NCBI GenBank assembly: GCA_009914755.4
Contig: CP086569.2
Coordinates: 10,976,001 to 11,040,000 of the forward strand
Source of the DNA: the human T2T-CHM13v2.0 reference genome, Homo sapiens
DNA length: 64,000 nt
Direction of reading: 5' to 3'
Shown: in pieces, positions 59,252 through 64,000 of the stretch
How the letters are laid out: each line of letters begins with the position of its first letter
Position numbering within the stretch: position 1 is the stretch's first letter
The notes under the pieces: generated by a model
The model's input: the letters and a program-made list of their open reading frames with translations, nothing else
What the model was told of the DNA's origin: nothing
The model's database searches: none
Position numbers and translations under genes: made by a program

Positions 59252-59902
59252 ATTCCATTCCATTCTATTCCATTCCATTCCATTCTATTCCTTTCCATTC
59301 AATTCAATTCCATTGCATTCCACACAACTCCACTCAAGTCCAGCCTACTCCACTCCACTTCATCCCACTCCACTCCATTCCTTTCCATTCCACACCACTG
59401 CATTCCATTCCATTTCACTCCATTCTAATCCATTCCATTCCATTCCACTGCACTCCGATCCACTCCACTGAAATCGAAACCACTCCACTCCACTACATTC
59501 TATTCCATTCCTTTCCGTTATGTTCACTTCCACTCCATTCCTTTCCACTTCATTGCATTCCACTCCATTTCACGCCATTCTACTCCATTCCACTCCAACT
59601 CCAGTCGAACCCACTCCATTGCATTCAAATCCATTCCATTCAATTCCACTCCTTTCCATTCCTATCCATTCCACTCCATTCCACTCCACTCCATTCCGTT
59701 ACAATACATTCCACTACATTCCATTAAAATCCACTCCATTTCATTCCATTCCACTCCAGTCCACTTTATTCCACTCCACTCCATACCACTCCACTCCATT
59801 CCTCTTAACTCCACTCCGTTCCTCTCCACTCCACTCCATACCACTCCGTTCCAGTCCACTCCATTCCATTTCATTCCATTCTATTCCATTCCATTGAATT
59901 CC

Positions 59903-59977
59903 TTTATTTCGACAGGATCTCACTCTCTCACCCATACTGGAGTGCAGTAGCACAATCTTAGCTCACATTTCATTTCA
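59903..59977 (-). mobile_element. Alu 3'-end-derived fragment, A/B mixed
   Basis: tttatttcgacaggatctcactctctcacccatactggagtgcagtagcacaatcttagctcacatttcatttcac. Confidence 0.8.
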
Positions 59978-60364
59978 CTATTTCATTCCTTTCCATTCCT
60001 TTGGATTTCATTCCATTCCACTCTATTCTACTTCACTCCACTTCACTCCATTCCATTCCATGCTGTTCCATTCCATTCAGTTCCATTTCATTTCACTGCA
60101 CTCCAATCCATTCTACTCAACTCCATTACACTCCACCACACTCCACTCTGTTCCTTTCTGTTGTGTTCTGATATGATCCCTTCTATTCCTATCTGTCCCA
60201 TTCCACTCCACTCCATTCAACTGCAATCCAATCCACTCAACTCCACTACATTCCACTCCACTCCATTCAATTCCACTCCATTCCACTTCACGATACTCTA
60301 TTCCACTCCACTCCACTCCATTCCATTCCATTCCATTCCATACTACGTGATTCCATTCCATTCC

Positions 60365-60440
60365 TTTATTTCTACTGGATATCTCTCTGTCACCCATACT
60401 GGAGTACATTGGCACAATCTTAACTAATAATTCATTCCAC
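60365..60440 (-). mobile_element. Alu 3'-end-derived fragment, subtype A
   Basis: tttatttctactggatatctctctgtcacccatactggagtacattggcacaatcttaactaataattcattccacc. Confidence 0.7.
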
Positions 60441-62796
60441 CATTCCATTTCACTTCATTCCATTCCATTCTATTCCACTCCACTGCACTCGCCTCCACTC
60501 TACTCCACCACCTGTTACATTCCATTCCACTCCATTCCATTCCATTCCATTTCATGTCATTCCATACCATTCCATTCCATTCCATTCCATTTCACTGCAC
60601 TCCAATCCACTCCACTCAACTCCACTCCACTCCCTTCCATTCCACTCCACTCCGTTCTATTCCTTTGCTTTCCATTCCATTCCATTCCATTCCGTTCCAT
60701 TCCTTTCCCTTCTATTCCATTCCATTCCATTCAACTCCACTGAATTCAATTCCACTCCATTCCACTTCATTCCATTCCACTCGTCTCCATTCCCTTCCAC
60801 TCCATTCCTTTCCATTGCACTCTAATCCACTCCATTCCATTCCATTCCATAACACTCCACTGCATTCAATTCCATTCAACTCCATCCCATTCCATTCCAC
60901 CCCATTCCATTCCATTCCTCTCCATTCCACACCAATCCACTCCACTCAACCCCAATCCACTCCACTCAACTCCTCTCCATTCCACTCGACTCCACTCCAC
61001 TCCTCTTTGTTCCATTCCACTCCACTCCATTCCATTCCACCCCATCCCATTCCAAACTACTCCACTCCATTCCACTCCACCATACTCCATACCGTTCCAC
61101 CTCATTCTACTCCATTCCTTTCCATTCCATCCCATTTCATTCCATTCCACTGAATTCCATTCCACTTCAATCCACTCTACTCAAATCCACTCCAGTCCAA
61201 TCCACTCCACTCTATTCCATTCCATTCCATTCCTTTTCATTCCTTTCCATTCCATCCCATTCCATTCCATTCAACTCCACTCCATTCCATACCACTACAT
61301 TAAACTCCATTCCACTCCACTCAACTCTACTCCACTCCACTCCATTGCATTCCATTTCATTCCACTGAACTCCGGTGTAATCGACTCAAATCCACGCCAC
61401 TCCACTACATTCCATTCTGCTCCGTTCCATTCCGTTCTGTTCCGTTCCATTCCAGTCCAGTCGATTCCATTCCACTCCTCTCCATTCCACTGAACTCCAC
61501 CCCACCCCTCTCCACTCCATTCTATTTCACTCCAAACCTTTTCATTTCATTCTATATCATTCCATTCCATTCCACTGCAATCCGATCCACTCAACTCAAC
61601 CCCACGTTATTCCAATCCACTCTACTCCATTCCATTCTACTCTATTCCATTCCACTATACTGCACTCCATTCCATTTCATGGCTTTCCTTTCCCTTCCAT
61701 TTCACTACACTCCGTCCACTCCACTAAATTCCACTCCACTCCACTCCTTTCCATTCCATTCCATTCTGCACCTTTCCATTAAATTCCTTTCTGTTCCATT
61801 CCATTCCTTTTCACTCCACTCAATTACATTCCACTCCATTGCATTCCATTCCACTCTACTCCACTCCGTTGCATTCGGTTCGATTCCGTTCCATTCCACT
61901 CCACTCCATTCCGTTCCACTCCACTCAATTCGACTCTGCTCCACCACACCCCTCTCCACTCCATTCCATTTCACTCCAATCATTCTCACTTCATTCCATA
62001 TCATTAAAATCCATTCCATTGCAATCCAATCCACTACACTAAACTCCATTCTACTGCACTCCTCTCTACTCCATTCCATTATACTCCATTCCATTCCACT
62101 ACACTACATTCCATTCCATTTCATGGCTTTCCATTCCCTTCCATTTCACTGCACTCCGTCCACTCCACTCAATTCCACTCCACTCTAATCCATTCCTTTC
62201 TGTTCCATTACAGTCTTCTCCTTTCCATTAAATTCCATTCCATTCCATTCAATTCCACTTCACTCCACTCAATTCCATTCCACTCCGTTCTATTCCATTC
62301 CACTCCACTCCACTCAACTCCATTCCATTTCATTCCATTCCCTCCCAATCCATTCCATTCCACTGTATTCCATTCCATTGCACTCCATTCCACTCCACTC
62401 CTTCTCGTTTAATTAAATTACTTTCCACTCCATTCCACTCCACTCCACTCCTCTCCTCTCCATTGTGTTCCACTCCATTCCATTCCATTCTATTTCACTC
62501 ACTTCCTTTCTGTTCCACTCTAGTCCACTACATTCTACTCCACTGTACTCCACTCCATTCCACTACAATCTGTTCCACTCTACTCCATTCCACTCCACTG
62601 CTCTTCATTCCAATCCATTCCTTTCCATTCCACCCCATTCCATTTCATTCAATTCCACTTCATTCCACTCCTTTCCATTCCACTCAAATCCACTCCACTC
62701 CATTCCACTCCACTCCACTCCACTCCAGTCCATTCCACTACATACCATTCCACTCCTCTCCATTCCATTCCATTCTATGGCATTTCATTCCATTCC

Positions 62797-62872
62797 TTTA
62801 TTTCAACTGGGTATCACTCTGTCACCCAGACTGGAGTTCAGTCCCAAATTTTAGCTCACATTTCATTTCACC
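62797..62872 (-). mobile_element. Alu 3'-end-derived fragment, subtype A
   Basis: tttatttcaactgggtatcactctgtcacccagactggagttcagtcccaaattttagctcacatttcatttcacc. Confidence 0.75.
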
Positions 62873-63152
62873 ACTCCATTCCATTCCATTTCATTCCATT
62901 CCATTCCATTCCATTCCCTTCCATTTCATTCTACTTCATTCCACTGCACTTTTATCCTCTACACTCAACTCCAGTCCACTCCACTCGGTTCAATTCCATT
63001 CCGTGTCATTCCGTTCTGTTCTGTTCCATTCCACTCCATTCCATTCCACTCCACTCCATTCAACTCCACTCCTCTCGATTCCACTCCTATCCACTCCAAT
63101 CCACTATACTCCACTCCACTCCATTCCATGCCACTGCATTCCATTCCATTCC

Positions 63153-63226
63153 TTTATTTCGACTGAATCTCTCTCCGTAACCCTGACTAGGATGCAGTGG
63201 CAGAATCTTAGCTAACATTTCATTTC
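63153..63226 (-). mobile_element. Alu 3'-end-derived fragment, subtype A
   Basis: tttatttcgactgaatctctctccgtaaccctgactaggatgcagtggcagaatcttagctaacatttcatttct. Confidence 0.7.
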
Positions 63227-64000
63227 TTCTTTTCATTGCATTACATTTCATTGCATTCCATTCCATTTCATTCCATTCCACTGCAGTCAGATCCATTCCA
63301 CTCAGTTCCACTCCACTCCACTCAACTCCATTCCAATCCACTCCACTCCATTCCATTACACTCCTTTCCATTCTTTTCCATTCCATTTCACTCCATTCCA
63401 CTCCAATCCAATCCACTCCACTCCACTCCTCTCCACTGAACTCCTTTCCATTCTGTTCCATTCCATTCCATTTGACTGCACTCCAATCCACTCCAATTTA
63501 TTCCACACCACTCCAGGCCACTCCACTCCGTTCCATTCCATACTGTTCCATTCCATACCGTTCCATTCTGTTCCGTTCCATTCCACTCCATTCCATTCCA
63601 CTTCATTCCATTCTACTCCAGTCTCTTTAACTCCATCCCACTCCATTCCACTCCATTCCACTCTACTCCATTCCACCACAATCCACTCCACTCCAATCTG
63701 TTCCGATCCCCTCTATTCCATTCTTTTCCATTCCATTTCATTCCGTTTGATTCCATTCCATTCCACTGCACTCCGTTCAATTCCACTCCATTCCACTCCA
63801 CTCCACTCCACTCCACTCCACTCCACTCCACTCCACTCCATTCCATTCCATTCCATTCCATTCCATTCCTTTCTATTCCATTCCACTCCATTCCATTCCC
63901 CTCCATTCTATTCAACTCCACTCCAATTCACTCCACTCTCATTCACTCCCCTCAACTCCACAGCATTCCATTCCAGTGTATTTTATTCCACTCCATTCCA

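Larger units (their letters stand above)
1..64000. repeat. Continuous pentameric satellite array, (CATTC)n on + strand = (GGAAT)n on - strand, human satellite III (HSat3)-like; composite repeat unit containing an Alu-derived 3'-end fragment
   Basis: Entire window is degenerate CCATT/CATTC/CCACT pentamers with perfect (CCATT)10-20 runs; no unique sequence; strong CpG depletion; 119 same-orientation copies of a ~75-bp Alu-tail-like element spaced 150-2700 bp apart. Confidence 0.9.

Noticed and set aside
672-63226. 119 independent Alu retrotransposition events
   Set aside because: All copies are truncated at the same internal position, share identical 5' and 3' junctions with the satellite, lack target-site duplications, and share subtype variants with neighbours. 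This indicates amplification of one ancestral insertion by satellite mechanisms.
1-64000. Hundreds of ORFs of 60-670 aa in the supplied six-frame track, several over 400 aa (e.g. 8851-10863, 11998-14016, 54163-55902)
   Set aside because: All are artefacts of the pentamer repeat. (CATTC)n has no stop codon in any + frame (CAT TCC ATT CCA TTC gives H-S-I-P-F), and (GGAAT)n has none on the - strand (GGA ATG GAA TGG AAT gives G-M-E-W-N) while supplying an ATG every 5 nt. The translations are low-complexity HSIPF or MEWNG strings, overlap extensively in different frames and strands, and track the tandem duplications exactly. There is no codon-usage or domain signal, so no CDS is called.
1-64000. 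Regularly spaced ~75-bp conserved element separated by variable sequence, superficially CRISPR-like (repeat-spacer)
   Set aside because: The 'spacers' are themselves degenerate pentamer satellite and are mutually homologous. Spacing varies 150-2700 bp. The repeat is Alu-derived with a T-run tail. This is a eukaryotic satellite, with no cas genes and no leader.
1-64000. Possibility of a novel defence island, operon or other gene system, as hinted by the task
   Set aside because: No segment of non-repetitive sequence exists in the window. There are no plausible promoters, RBS-CDS arrangements, tRNA or rRNA signatures. Base composition and CpG depletion are uniform and typical of primate pericentromeric satellite. 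The honest reading is a satellite array.
1-64000. Inversion or strand switch within the array
   Set aside because: No GGAAT-orientation stretches are visible on the + strand. All Alu-derived fragments are antisense and all CCACTGCACTCCGATCC blocks are in the same orientation, so the array is colinear.

Overview
No protein-coding gene, RNA gene, CRISPR array or operon-like system is supportable anywhere in this 64-kb window, and I see no sign of a novel biological system in it. The whole window is one uninterrupted, single-orientation tandem satellite array of the primate satellite-III (HSat3) type. The + strand reads as degenerate (CATTC)n / (CCATT)n pentamers, the complement of the classical (GGAAT)n. 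It has no unique-sequence islands and is strongly CpG-depleted.

The distinctive feature is that the repeat unit is composite. I found 119 copies of a ~75-bp element embedded in the pentamer array, all in the same (antisense) orientation. Each copy is homologous to the last ~50 bp of an Alu right arm plus its A-tail. Read on the + strand it is T-rich tail - GGATCTCACTCTGTCACCCAG(A/G)CTGGAGTGCAGTGGCACAATCT(T/C)AGCTCAC - then an invariant junction CATTTCATTTCACCATTCC. The Alu consensus for this stretch is GAGTCTCGCTCTGTCGCCCAGGCTGGAGTGCAGTGGCGCGATCTCGGCTCAC; almost all differences are CpG to TpG/CpA decay. Identical junctions and the absence of target-site duplications point to one ancestral Alu insertion that was captured and amplified as part of the satellite unit, not to 119 retrotranspositions.

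The fragments fall into subtypes that are arranged in domains, read off the subtype labels on the individual copies:
- A (CGACTGG...CAGACTGG...CTTAGC): about 0-7.4 kb, 10.8-19 kb and 37.8-64 kb.
- B (GACAGG...CAGGCTGG...CTCAGC): 7.8-10 kb and 19.5-37.6 kb.
- Bd (B with an internal ~30-bp duplication), C and D occur in a repeated C-Bd-D-Bd block.

Higher-order structure is nested: tandem duplications of 105, 130, 204, ~215, ~510, 735 and ~870 bp, a ~2.2-kb higher-order repeat (HOR) with three copies, and distant paralogous blocks 11-36 kb apart. Spacing between Alu-fragment copies runs from about 150 bp to 2.7 kb.

Every entry in the supplied ORF track is a translation artefact. CATTC/GGAAT pentamers contain no stop codon in any frame and supply an ATG every 5 nt on the - strand, giving His-Ser-Ile-Pro-Phe (+) and Met-Glu-Trp-Asn-Gly (-) pseudo-proteins. 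Coordinates of individual elements are hand-derived and may be off by a few bp. Chromosomal origin and HSat3 subfamily cannot be assigned without a database search.
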